From Octopus sinensis (taxonomy: Eukaryota): DNA of 64,000 bases. The notes below the pieces were generated by a model that saw nothing but the letters and a program-made list of their open reading frames with translations, was not told where the DNA came from and did no database searches. Both the position numbers and the translations under genes were made by a program. This document shows, piece after piece, positions 52,362-64,000 of the stretch. The number at the start of each line of letters is the position of its first letter. Position 1 is the first letter of the stretch. Where the stretch lies: contig NC_043003.1 in the NCBI RefSeq assembly GCF_006345805.1, forward strand, positions 74,152,001 to 74,216,000, in the 5' to 3' direction.

Positions 52362-53026
52362 AGATACAAACGGGCACGATACTATGAGTTATTGTTGTAT
52401 GTGCTACTCAAATTATATCTGTTATCATCAAGTCACTTCCATCCGAACTTTATAAGGGCGAACCCGATTATCATTTTTACCTCATATTATTTGTAACACC
52501 GGAGATAGTACAGTAACAAGTGAGAGAATTTAATATATTGCTACCCCTTGAAGGCTTCATGACTAAATGCATCAGTTAGGTATTTATAAAATGTGACTTA
52601 CTTTTATTTGAGAAGGTGAAGCGGGGAGAGGAAATTCAACAAAAGAGAAACGAAATCGAAAACAAAAATATAGTATAATAAAATAAAATTTCGGAAAATA
52701 AAACTGAATAGGTATTGTGAAGATAAAATATGAATCACAGAAGTCGTGAGTTTTAGTGAAAACAGATGTGGGTCATAAATTATTGTCTGCATTGTTCTAG
52801 AAGAACCATTTATTTATATATTTTTCTAGTTTTGTTTTCCCTTGCATTGTGTTGCGGTGAATAAAGATTGGAAAGACAATCTAAGACACGGAATAAATAT
52901 TTTAATCTTCTTTATGTTGTTATTCCTACCTATTCTGTACACTCGCTTCTTTCAATATCAGCTCAATACCGAATTGTAATTGTCTTTAATACGAATGCTT
53001 CGCTTTTCCTCACACATATACGAACA

Positions 53027-53093
<67 letters not shown>

Positions 53094-53454
53094 CATACCA
53101 TACCATACATACATACATGTATATTTATGTGTATATATATATATACATACACATATACATACGTTGATAGATATATTCATATACACGCTCATACACGCAC
53201 ATATCAATATTTATGATCAAATAAGTATTTAGAAACTTCGAGAGAACGGGAAAAAATGTACCAAATAACGCAAGAATGATAAAGTATAAGTGTCGGGTTA
53301 ACAATCACTCTGGATTTAAAAACCTTAAAGCAGCCAATCTCTATTGTATTTAATGAAAATATAGATTCCAGTTTCACAGGTAAGCATCAAATTTTTCTGT
53401 TCAAGGAGATTTTTAACCTGATATTTTTTATTTACTCTAATGTTTCCCTTTATT

Positions 53455-53575
53455 TGCCTCACCACATGGTTACGTGTTCAGTCCCACTGCGTGGTACCTT
53501 GTGCAAGTGTTTTCTATCATAGATTCGAGCCCACCAAAGCCTTGTGAGTGAATTTGGTAAACAGAAACTGGCGTG
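53455..53575 (+). mobile_element. SINE 5' fragment
   Basis: GTTCAGTCCCACTGCGTGGTACCTTG..CCAAAGCCTTGTGAGTGAATTTGG. Confidence 0.75.
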
Positions 53576-53689
53576 CATGCGGGTGTCCTGAACACAAAAC
53601 TAGATCTCAAGGATTCTGGATGAGCCTAACTCATGATTGCAAATACAGATGAGGGCAGTAGAATCATTGGCTTTCCTACATTATTATTT

Positions 53690-54860
53690 GAAATTTCCTC
53701 TGATATGTCGTATCTGTTGAATGAAAGAGTTTGATTGATGATACTGCTCTCAATGTTGTTTCCTACCGTGAGGTAATCTTAATCGGAACCCTTGATTGCA
53801 GAAGATCAGTTTTGTTTTGTAGATACCTACATACACACCATGCATTTTGGTAGGATACTGAAGAGCTGTTGGCCCTTGAAACGCAAGCTGTTGCGGTATC
53901 TGGTCCTGTATCGTAACAACGATGTTAGAATATTTGGCGCTATACTGCAACGCCCCGGTCTGCTGTTTGTGTAACTTTCGATATCAAAGTTTGGTACAAA
54001 TCCTTCCAGAATCTTCCAGATTATCTTACTATATATCTTACCTGCCTTCGTTCTAGGAAGTAGAGTCTAAAACGTTTTCAGTCTATCACAGTAGCTGATA
54101 CGTTATATTGCGACGGTTTTTCCCTTATTTAGCTGCGCTAGATTAATTCTTTTTCCGCAGTTGATTTATACTGTGTGGTGAGTATATTTGGGGGCAGTAT
54201 TCTAAGCGGCTGAGGACATATGTCCTCCAAATGACCATCATGGTTTCCTGGTCCGTCGTTCAGAAAGTTCGGAAGATCCACCCAACTAGACGTCTGTATT
54301 TTATTGCCACATAAGTAATATTTAGCTAGAGAGATACATACAGATCATGTCAATGTCCAGGTCTCGTATTGATTTTTATTCCGAGATTGCAATCCTCCTG
54401 AGTCAGTGTATCCTGTATGCATTTCGTTCAGCTCTGTGTGCTACTAGCTCATGGCTTGGGACTTTCTAGCATTAAGCTGAGTGTCGTTGTCCTCAGCAAA
54501 GCTGTATATTACGACCAACTCCCATTGCAGATTCCAAGGTTCTAAATCTTTTGAGAGACCTCTGTGTCAACTGAATAACTATCAACGGTGGCTCTATGAG
54601 CAGCTGAGAGCAAATGTGAGACGGCCACTATAAATAACAGTACCTTGTGGAATACCTCTTACTGGTTGTGTTTCGATTGAGGTGGCTCTATTGGTCACCA
54701 TTGCCTGATTTCTATCTTTTAGAGTGTCGTGTTATCACTCTCCAATATTTCCAACTATGCTAAGATCACGCAGTTTCTGACATATCATATTAGGGTCGAC
54801 TTTATAAACCGATTTTGCATATTCAAGATATATCACGTTTACATTTGAGTAGTCGAGCAT
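53690..54860 (-). mobile_element. Degraded CR1-clade LINE (RT to C-terminus)
   Basis: VNVIYLEYAKSVYKVD, GIPQGTV, YSFAED, YVLSRLEYCP, LRFKGQQLFSILP. Confidence 0.85.
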
Positions 54861-54899
54861 CTGCATTAACACCCAGCCGTAGAGCTGCAAGAGCTGTAT

Positions 54900-55100
54900 T
54901 TATTTATATATGTGTGCGTTTGTGTCTGTGTTCGTCCAACCACTACTACCATTTGACAACCGCTGGTTAGTCCCTGTAACTTAGCGATTATGCAAAAGAG
55001 ACTGACAGAATTACTACTGGGGTTATGAAAAGTCCCGGGGTTGATTTGTTCGAGTAAATACTTCAAGGCGTTGCTCCAGCATGGCTGCATTCAAATAAAA
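54900..55100 (+). mobile_element. SINE 3' half
   Basis: GACAACCGCTGG..CCCTGTAACTTAGCG..CAAAAGAGAC..TTCAAGGCGTTGCTCCAGCATGGCTGCA. Confidence 0.75.
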
Positions 55101-56940
55101 TCTCATAGTTTCTAGATCAGGCACCCCTATCTCACTGCTACGCTCCCTTTCAAGTAACGTTTCACTAGTTATCTTTCGAAGAATCTTCCATTTCAACCAA
55201 TTATATTCGCGATCGTACTCATTCGGCCATCGCCCAGCATTCAAGACCATAAGTGAGGATATATATTTGCATATATATTTTGCGTGTATGTGTGTAAGTT
55301 TATGGATGTATGTACGTAGATTTAGCGGTTCCTTGACCTCTTTCTTTCCATATATATGCAGAAATATATTCAAATATGATCATTACTAATAAATATAGTT
55401 TATCAGTTAATCATGTCACATTGTTTAAATATGCAGTTCGATTCCCTATTTTCTTCAGACTCTAGACAGATTCATACAAGGCATCTAAATTAGAAACTAA
55501 ATATTAGACACTGTTTTCATATCACCGTTAATATTTAATAACAACTGAGACAGAAAAAGTTTCAACAATGTATTTTCTTTTTATGAAATTATTCTACATT
55601 TCAGATTATCAATTGCAGTATGTTTCCAGCCTATATTATCAGTACACCGCAGCAGTATACTTTTTTATCATTCTTTATTATTTGACTGCCACGATTTTGC
55701 TCTCTTTGAAACATTGTGTGATAAGAACTATTTTCATTCTGTGCTTTTTAAACAAAGAAAAAGAAAATAATAGAATAATTTTCATGTGCAAAAGAACGTA
55801 GCAGATTGTTCAACACATGCATTCATTTCTATCAGGCAGTCAATATCTGCATAAATTCATGATTATATCAAAAATAAAACACCATATGGATATGGATAAA
55901 TATGTAATTGAGCATATCATTAAATGAAAAACATTTATTTATTTGCTTACATATTCACGTATTTATTATGCTTTCGCGTTTTATATTTATTTTTACCGTC
56001 AGCAAGATTACAATGCCGTTTAGATAACTAAGAAAAAATAACCAACAAATATTGAAATATCAAACATTGTTGATATAATATACACTGGAAAAATTCCATT
56101 GTAATTCTGTATCATATATCATTTTTAATAGGATTTATAACACGAATCGCTTGTGGATATTAAACGCTGCAGTTTAGTATGCAACATACATTCATGTTAC
56201 ATCAATGTTACATTAATATGTTCTGTAAAATTTAATATTATATTTCGCATTCTCTTACTGTGTGTGAAAGTATAAAGAATAGAGTAATGTGTAATCTTCC
56301 GTTCTCTAATCACGTTTTGGTAAGGAGGGTTGCAATTGAAGTCTTAATGGTGCGTTGAGTTCAATAGGGAGAACAGCACAATTGTTTTTTTTGTTTTTTT
56401 TATTTGGAGGATCGCATGGAATAAGATGCTTACATCCCTTCCGCGTAGGGATTAATGAAGCAATATATATGAAATGAAGGAACTTCTAAACATGACCATG
56501 TATTTTGCACTCAGTACTTGCGCACTGTTAACATTAGTTTATTTGTCCACAGAGATGACAGTCGAGTAGTAGAAAATGTACCCGAGGGGGAAAAAGAAAC
56601 TCTGACATGAACGTGAAAGGACATTAAAAGTTTAATCAAGGAACTTTTAATATAAAAAATACAGGTGTGAAGATTGGTTTGCTGCGATCATATCGCTTGG
56701 ATTTCGGTGGCCATCTCTATTTCTCTCTATGTTACTACATCACCCTAACGAGTATTGAAAGTTGTTAAATACAATAGACATCATTGTATCTAGAAATGTG
56801 AAAGTTGGACAAAAACTAATGAAATACCATTTATCAATATTATTAGATATCTGCGAAGGACTTGTGTTTGATTTAACTGATATTGGATTATTTACCATCT
56901 ATAAAGGTATCAATTTGATCATGCAGCATTGTAAAGAAAG

Positions 56941-56974
<34 letters not shown>

Positions 56975-57048
56975 CTATATAAAGGTAGCATTAATGTTAG
57001 ACAATTGTCTTCTGTTTGTTAAGGTTAACTCTACACGTTTTTCTCCAG

Positions 57049-57113
57049 AAATTACATCTAACATTGATTTGTTACGACGTTTCATATCCGACAATGATAT
57101 CGAAGATAGAAAA
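57049..57113 (+). other. Candidate 65-nt internal exon (ITSNIDLLRRFISDNDIEDRK)
   Basis: Strong acceptor TTTTTCTCCAG and donor AAA|GTAGGT around an open frame; no partner exons identified. Confidence 0.2.
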
Positions 57114-57689
57114 GTAGGTAATGAGTGTACAACCATATTTCAGGAGTTTAAGCAAAGATTTCGCGCATGATAATTGGGCTGGTTATGGTACTGAAGAGCT
57201 AGAACTGAAATGTAAATATACAAAATTACCTATTCTTTCATCTTCGATCGCATTGTTCTTTACATTAGATGTATTTGGATACGAAACCTTGTAACAAATC
57301 ATTGCTAGCAACACGTTCAATAGAAAAATCTATAGCGATATCCTTAATATGTGATTTAATAGCACTGCTAACACAGTAGTACATAGTATTGACTTATAGA
57401 ACGTTTAATATACTTATTTGAATGTTATGGTTGCATAACAAAATACGATGTCTGTACAACTAATTATTTGTCTTGTATTATTTTTCTTTACCTTTTTAAC
57501 AATATGTTTCTTGGATAATGTTGATATTCAGATGGTAAATAAGTGTTTATTTATTCTTCAATAAAGTATAAGTCTTCAGACCAAACTTGGCAATTTGCAT
57601 AAAAAGAAACCATAATACAATATTCCATCCAAACATGAAACTATTTTTAAAAAATCAGGAAATATGAACTAGACTATGTCAAGCAGATA

Positions 57690-58290
57690 ACAGTTTACTC
57701 AAATAGCCGCCTCAAGTCTTCAAGAAGCCACAGAACCTAGCACATGCGTTGGCCACTGCGTCTCTAGGAAGATCACCAAACACTTCGTCGATCTGGGCCA
57801 CCGTATAGGCCTTTATATTGCAGACAAAGCGCTTGTAGTATTTCTCAACCACAACATACCTATGGTAATTCTTGGAAATACCATCGAAAAATCGGGCGGC
57901 CGGTGCTGGTGAACTCTCAGAAATTCTTCAAAAACAACCTTTAACTCATTACGTTGTGACAAAGTGCCGAGTCCTGCTGCCACTCGTAAGTACTTTCAGC
58001 AGACACTCTTCAGCCACGGATTGAACACAGTATTCGCAGCTTTAAATAACCGTCTAAATCGAGCCAAAGTACCTCTTCGAATATATGGAAACGTATTCCA
58101 GTTGGGTACAGAGTCAGAACGTCTGCTATGTCCCTTTCTGCTGGTTGTGATATTGTAGTATAACTTGTAGCTGTCCATGTCACATCTTATAACATTTACA
58201 GTGTTCATAGTACTTCCAATCGTAGTCAAGACATCTGAATTATGATACGTGGTTCGAATTGTCATCACACCAGTAACTTTTTCCATTATT
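57690..58290 (-). mobile_element. Degraded Tc1/mariner transposase, maT/DD37D-like
   Basis: PYIFEE..DGYLKL..VFNPWLKSVC, YEWQQDSALCH, DEVFGDLPRDAVANACARF..GGY. Confidence 0.8.
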
Positions 58291-60960
58291 CACCTAGCTT
58301 CTAATCCGCTAATATTTTTGTAAACAACTATTTCCATCCGCTGTCGACCGCTTATCAATGCATCAAGATGTTACTGATAACATGAGTCATAACACCATAC
58401 ATGAGACATGAAATTTAACCCGAACTCCCTGTCTTACGCTGTTCAAACATTTAAAGTTTGTCCTGTTTAAATATTAAGTAACATATTTCTTAACCCCATT
58501 AAAGTATCATTCAGGTTCTGTTCAAGCTTTTCATGTATTAAAAGTCTCACTGAAAGGTTTACCCCATTTGCTTTTTATCAGTAAGGCAAAATAATATTTT
58601 AGTAAAGATGTCACCGCAAGAGATCGACAAGCGAACATTCTAAACGTTCTGTGATAATGCTCCTACACACACGCGTGATTTTGTGTGTGTGTGTGTGTGT
58701 GTAAGTTTGGAACTTATATATATATTTTGCATGATTCCTAATATTATAATTACTTAAAACAATTGTACCTTGGAATAGCCATTTGAAAATAGAAATAGAA
58801 ATATCAACCTTGATTGTATTTTCCATATTTTTATTTGTATCAATTACTTTAACTATTTCACAAATTTCTCAATCAATTTATTTTTCTCTCATAATCCTTC
58901 CTCGCCTGACGCAACTCATGAATGACTCGTTATTGCAATTGTGTAGGGATATGTCTCTTAGATTCTTCTTTACTTTATATATAAAATTGAGCCTCACTGT
59001 GATTTTGAATCGAAGTGGCAGCATGTATGGTTGTGTATGTTAGGTTCAATGGTGTTTAATTGCCTTTTTTCTTTCTCTGCTTCTTTTGGGTGTATGCAAG
59101 CTAACTAGTCTGTTTATGTGTTTTTGTATTCGTGCATGTATTCATGCGTATATGTGCAGCCGCAACCAAATATGCTTTTCGTTACCATTTGGCAAATAGT
59201 AGTTTATGAAAATCCTGTGTGTTGTGTGTAGAACTGTACAAATACGTATGAATAGTGACATAGTTGAATGAGGAAGCAGAGTGTTGGTGCATGTGATGCA
59301 TGTTGCTGTATGTGGTATGTGTGCGTATGCGTATCTGATCATTAAGTGCCTGGTGTGATGAGAGTGTGTGTGCGAATGTGAGGGAATATCCGGTGTGTAA
59401 ATAAATATAATGTATAATGTAAATATGAGGATGGTAATGTCTAAAATATATTTATCTCTTATTTCTATTCGCATCTGACGTGCGGGGTGGTACAATAGCG
59501 AAATTTGCCACAATCATTATTAACATTCTTATGGTTTGTTTTGGACGTACTTTGCTTCACCTAAAGATTTGAAAAATATGTTGAAATAACTTGTATATTG
59601 TCAAATAATATTTTACTAAAACTTTAAATAAAGGTGCTTAATTCACAGAATGAGGAGGGTGATTTCCGACTTCTGTAATAAATGGTAGGTGAAAAATCTT
59701 CACTCGTTATTAGGACCCTGCACACAAAAAAAAACCCTCCACCGGCACAACCGCTATATCAAAGGTGTTTACAACAGAAATTTTAACAATAAGAACAGTG
59801 ACAAGCAAAGCGACAAAATCAGCAACAACAACATAAGCAGTGTGAGCAGAAACAAAGACAAAAATAACAAAAATACAAGTGACGGTAGAGATTCTATCGG
59901 CAAACAATTGTTCGATTAAATGGTGGCGAAATCAGCTAAGTACATTGCGCTCGTTCTAAACAAGTGGGTGACCCACCTGACAAAGGTGAAACAGCCGGTG
60001 ATGGTGAATGGGAAGAATGCATATGTTGCAATCCCATGGCACAGGAAAAAAACAGGTAATTCTAGCTATGTATCCGCTAAAACTCAATGCCCAGCGAGAC
60101 ACTCCCACATGGTGACAGCCCTGGAAGAAATATGTGCTTCTGTAGATCATGTCTCTATAGCAAGACAGTTCAGGGATTGGAGGTTCTTTTCATAATCAAA
60201 GTCATCTCGGTGAAGTACATCATAGCTCCCATCAGCGAAGGGGAACTATCACTCAACGTGTTTGGGGATAAGTACACTAGAGTTTCATATGGGTTGTTCG
60301 TTTTGTGGTGGCTAACGCGTGACCTTTGGAAAGAAGCGAGGTACCTCTCGATGGAGAGGGAGATTTGTGTAGGATTACGTCGGAGAATCATTTGCAGATA
60401 AAACATGAGAAAGGAAAAACATCTCAGCATTTATCCAGCCTCCAAGTAGAGTGGATCTGCGTGTTGCGGCCGAGAGTAGAAAGATAAGATGCAGCGTATA
60501 TGGAAAACTGCTTCACAATGTGTACCCAATAACATGACCGAGAGAGGAGAGCCCACGGCAGACGACGCTGCAGGCTCAGTAGCAGGAACATTGTACAGCA
60601 GTAATATCGCCATCGTTTTCACTATCACCAGCAGCAGCAACAGCAATAACCCACATTAACAGAACTAATATCTGCTAACCAGGAAGATATCTAAAAGATT
60701 TCCCTTTTTTTCCTCCCATTTCAAACATGCACATGGATAAAAGCGCATCCATTGAGAGTGCTGTCTTTCTGCAAAATATTGAAACTATCAGTGTTATTAT
60801 TATAAAGTGAAGGGAGCAGTACATGTCATCAAAGTGACACTGGGGTAGAGTTATACGAAGCCCAATATGCATGTCATGACTACTCGTCTGATAAGGGTTT
60901 ATGGGGGAAATTAATCACAACATGTACATGATATTTTTATCTCATATCAAGATAAACAGC

Positions 60961-61025
60961 GTATTCTTCTTCTTCTTCTTCTTCTTCTTCTTCTTCTTCT
61001 TCTTCTTCTTCTTTTCTTCTTCTAT
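60961..61025. repeat. (CTT)n microsatellite
   Basis: Trinucleotide run. Confidence 0.95.
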
Positions 61026-61059
61026 TTCTTATTCTTCTTCTAATTATTATTATTATGCT

Positions 61060-61190
61060 TAGCGGCATTTCGTCCATTTTCTAGTTCTTAGTTCAAATTC
61101 GGCATAGGTGGAATTTGGTATTCATCCTTTCGGGATCGATTAAATAAGTACTAGTGGGACTCTGGGATCAATATATTGGACTTACGCTAA
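61060..61190 (+). mobile_element. Degraded SINE fragment
   Basis: ATGCTTAGCGGCATTTCGTC..AGTTCAAATTC..GATCGATTAAATAAGTAC. Confidence 0.65.
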
Positions 61191-61221
61191 ATTGGTGGCC
61201 TTGAGCTAAAATTTAAAATCA

Positions 61222-61380
61222 CAACCACCACCACCACCACCCACACCACCACCCACACCACCACCGCCACCACCATCATCATCATCATCATCATCATCAT
61301 CACCATCATCATCATTATGATCATCATCATTATCATCACCATCATCACCATTATCATCACCATCACCATCATCATCATCT
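61222..61380. repeat. (CAC)n/(CAT)n microsatellite
   Basis: Trinucleotide runs. Confidence 0.95.
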
Positions 61381-62244
61381 CTGAATAAGTGTCTCCAGAA
61401 GTAACGAACGACTGTGTGCGCGGGCAAACAGAAGTGAATATCATTCACTATATAGAAATATATTTTGCTCCGAGGAAGACAAATCTTACATTCCAGTGGT
61501 AGAGTTTCGACATTGAAAAATGATATAATCAAATTCTCCATCGTCAAACATACTATACCCGAAAAATTGGAATTTTGTTTTATTCATATATCAATTTTTT
61601 TTCCTAATTCATACTATTTATAATGTTTTTTTAAAAATAATTACGTGTTTCTTTTCAAGAATTCTTTTCTTGCCAAATATACTCAAGCTCCACGAATACT
61701 TCCTCAAATTGCTTTCTACTAATCTTGTTCAATATAAAGATGGCAGATATAATCTAAATCCGATCAAATGTGGTTCTTACCAGCAATCATTTTACTATGG
61801 ACACATTGTTAGATTCTGACTCATAGTCCGGTTATCAATATTTTATATACAGATGAATCATCATGTGTTTCAACATTAATATTTCAAATATAGCAACCTA
61901 CATTAATATTTAGATAGAAGATTGCTTTCTACAATCTTGTGACCTCATCTATACTACAATTTTCTGCAGCCTCTCGTATCGTAGAAACACGTATTAAAAC
62001 GTCAGCACTGAAAGATCATGTTTTATCCCAGAATAAGCTAAGATTTATATGTATGTGGATGCATGGGAGTGTATCTTTGCGTGTCTCTCTCTACACACAC
62101 ACATTGCGCACACGTGCTCAAATGTACATATCTGTACATAGGTGCGCGTGAGAGTGTGGTACATATATTGTGTATATATATGTACTGTTTAAAATATATA
62201 GATACATACTATATTTAGGCAAGGCAAGATTGCTGTATACTTAC

Positions 62245-62307
<63 letters not shown>

Positions 62308-63339
62308 TATGTGTGTGTGTATGTGTGTGAGTGTATGTATGTATATATATATATAGATCAATACATGAATTTGATAAAGAACGAAAGAGAAAAAGAGGGA
62401 GACAGAAATTAGAACAAGTCTTCCTGGTCTAATCATTCTAAAATATCCCATCCAGAAAGTACACACACGGATACATACACAAACAAACATACTCACATAT
62501 AAACACACACACAGGGATACAAATATATATATATATATATGGTGTGTGTGTGTGCGTGTATATGTGCGTGGCTACGTGCGCTCGTGCATCTATGAGCGCG
62601 CGCGCTGTGTGTGTATTAGTATGTTTACTTTGTGTACCGTAAGGTAGACATTCTATTCAGAAACACGTAAGAAATCCATTGGTATATAAAGATAGTAAAT
62701 AATATATTTACAAGTATCCCGAAAGACACGTGGAACAACCGCTGGGAGTATGGCTTCTTCAGATGCAGCTATTTTTCTGATAATCTTGGATGTTATGTAC
62801 GCCAGTGGTTATTACTTACACCAACTCCGATAACAGTCTTTACTAAGTAAGTCATTTAATCGGTTTTTCTGTTGCTTGTGAATGGAAGCATCATGTATAA
62901 TCTATTCCCGACTGCGTTTGTCTTTCAGATTTTTAAGCTGATGCCGTAACTTTTGTATATGCCTCCGAATGATTTCCCCCCCCCCATCAATGTATAGTGA
63001 TTTTGCTCAAAAATCTTGGGGGGGGGCTAAAAACCTTGTAGGTAGGGTAAAAACCTTTCTGGCGGTCCCGTTGGTCTAAATTAGGTTGGTCTAAATTATA
63101 GGTTTGTCTAAATTACTTGTATAATTTTTTTTTAGCATTCATCAAAGGAAACAAAGTTAGAAAAGCATTGACACGATTTTGCACTTGTTGCTTCATACAC
63201 GAGTTCACACAGCTGTATTTACATACGGTTTCTGTATATGCCAAAAAGTGCGTACACCTCAAGTTTGTTGACATCGATTTAGAGAGAGAAGCAGACAGAA
63301 AGAGACAGAAAGAGGGAGAGAGAAATGTAATTTATGAAT

Positions 63340-64000
63340 AGAAAATAGCGTTTTGAGGTGTCTGGTGTACTAAAATACTTGCAAATTAACAAAATAATAT
63401 TCCGCCTATATAACATCTATAAAACAGAAAAATCTAGTACCCGGATCCATACATGCTGCACTCTGACCATGAACTGAGCGGCCAAATAATTTATTTGGAG
63501 GTCATGAATGAAGTTGTTGGCCTTGGGACCATCTGGTTCACTCGTCTCTGGATTTCATCCCACAGGTGTTCAAACCATGATGATGTGGCCACCACACACA
63601 TCTCTCTCCACGACACATGCGTCACTATAGTATTCCCCCTCCTACGCCACACGCTCACTCTGCCATCTGAGGTGGAAACGCAATACCGGCTCTTGTCAGA
63701 GAAGACTATCGACCTCCATTGTTGATGTTGCCAATGTAGGTGTTGTGTAGTCCACTATAGTCGTGCCTGACGGTGGCGGGTGGTGACGACAGACCCTCGA
63801 GCAGGATGACGGCAACGCAGGTTGTTGGCGGCCGGTCAACGTCATTCAGTGTTCCTCGCTGGTGGGTCGCTGTCCAATGTCAATGGTGTTGTGAAGTTTC
63901 ACGCTGGCCAGACTGAGGCGATTACGGATGTGTTGCAGGTGGATGAAGCGGTCCTGCCTGGGTGTGGTCTCCTCAGAGCTCTCTCTGCGGCACTTCCAGC
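63340..64000 (-). mobile_element. Tc1-like transposase remnant, internally deleted, extends beyond the window
   Basis: TTPRQDRFI..RHRQARL*W..WRSIVFSDKSRY..DGRVSVWRR.GEYYSDACVVERD..GG..IMV joined directly to EHLWDEIQRR. Confidence 0.9.

Noticed and set aside
55090-55250. ERSSEIGVPDL, resembling the L1/Tx1 GGLGVPD motif
   Set aside because: Too short and degraded to support a call
57185-57215. CTGAAGA..GAAA motifs here, at ~53890 and at ~58000 (minus)
   Set aside because: Stem II does not form; the last two lie inside CR1 and transposase coding remnants
59689-60200. ORFs 59689-59919 and 59920-60195, possibly a PLE thumb/linker remnant
   Set aside because: No diagnostic RT or GIY-YIG motif could be read

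Overview
AT-rich, repeat-dominated eukaryotic non-coding DNA. The SINE families and dense (AT)n/(CA)n/(AAT)n microsatellites point to an octopus (coleoid cephalopod) genome; this is an inference from repeat recognition. No host gene can be called with confidence; there are only a few candidate exons. Most of the window is transposon debris: Penelope-like elements (PLEs) with GIY-YIG endonucleases of at least three types, R4/Dong, RTE and CR1 LINEs, a Gypsy pol remnant, Tc1/mariner copies, MITEs and tRNA-derived SINEs. The most notable signal is two unrelated non-coding elements that carry type I hammerhead ribozymes (HHR). The first, at 40307-41590, is a 481-bp tandem array (retrozyme-like) with an HHR in each complete unit and a 228-bp inverted arm at its 5' end. 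The second, at 37113-37736, is a foldback with a different, long-stem-II HHR. Both sit inside (TA)n microsatellites and share the same 5'-inversion architecture. All folds and translations were done by eye.
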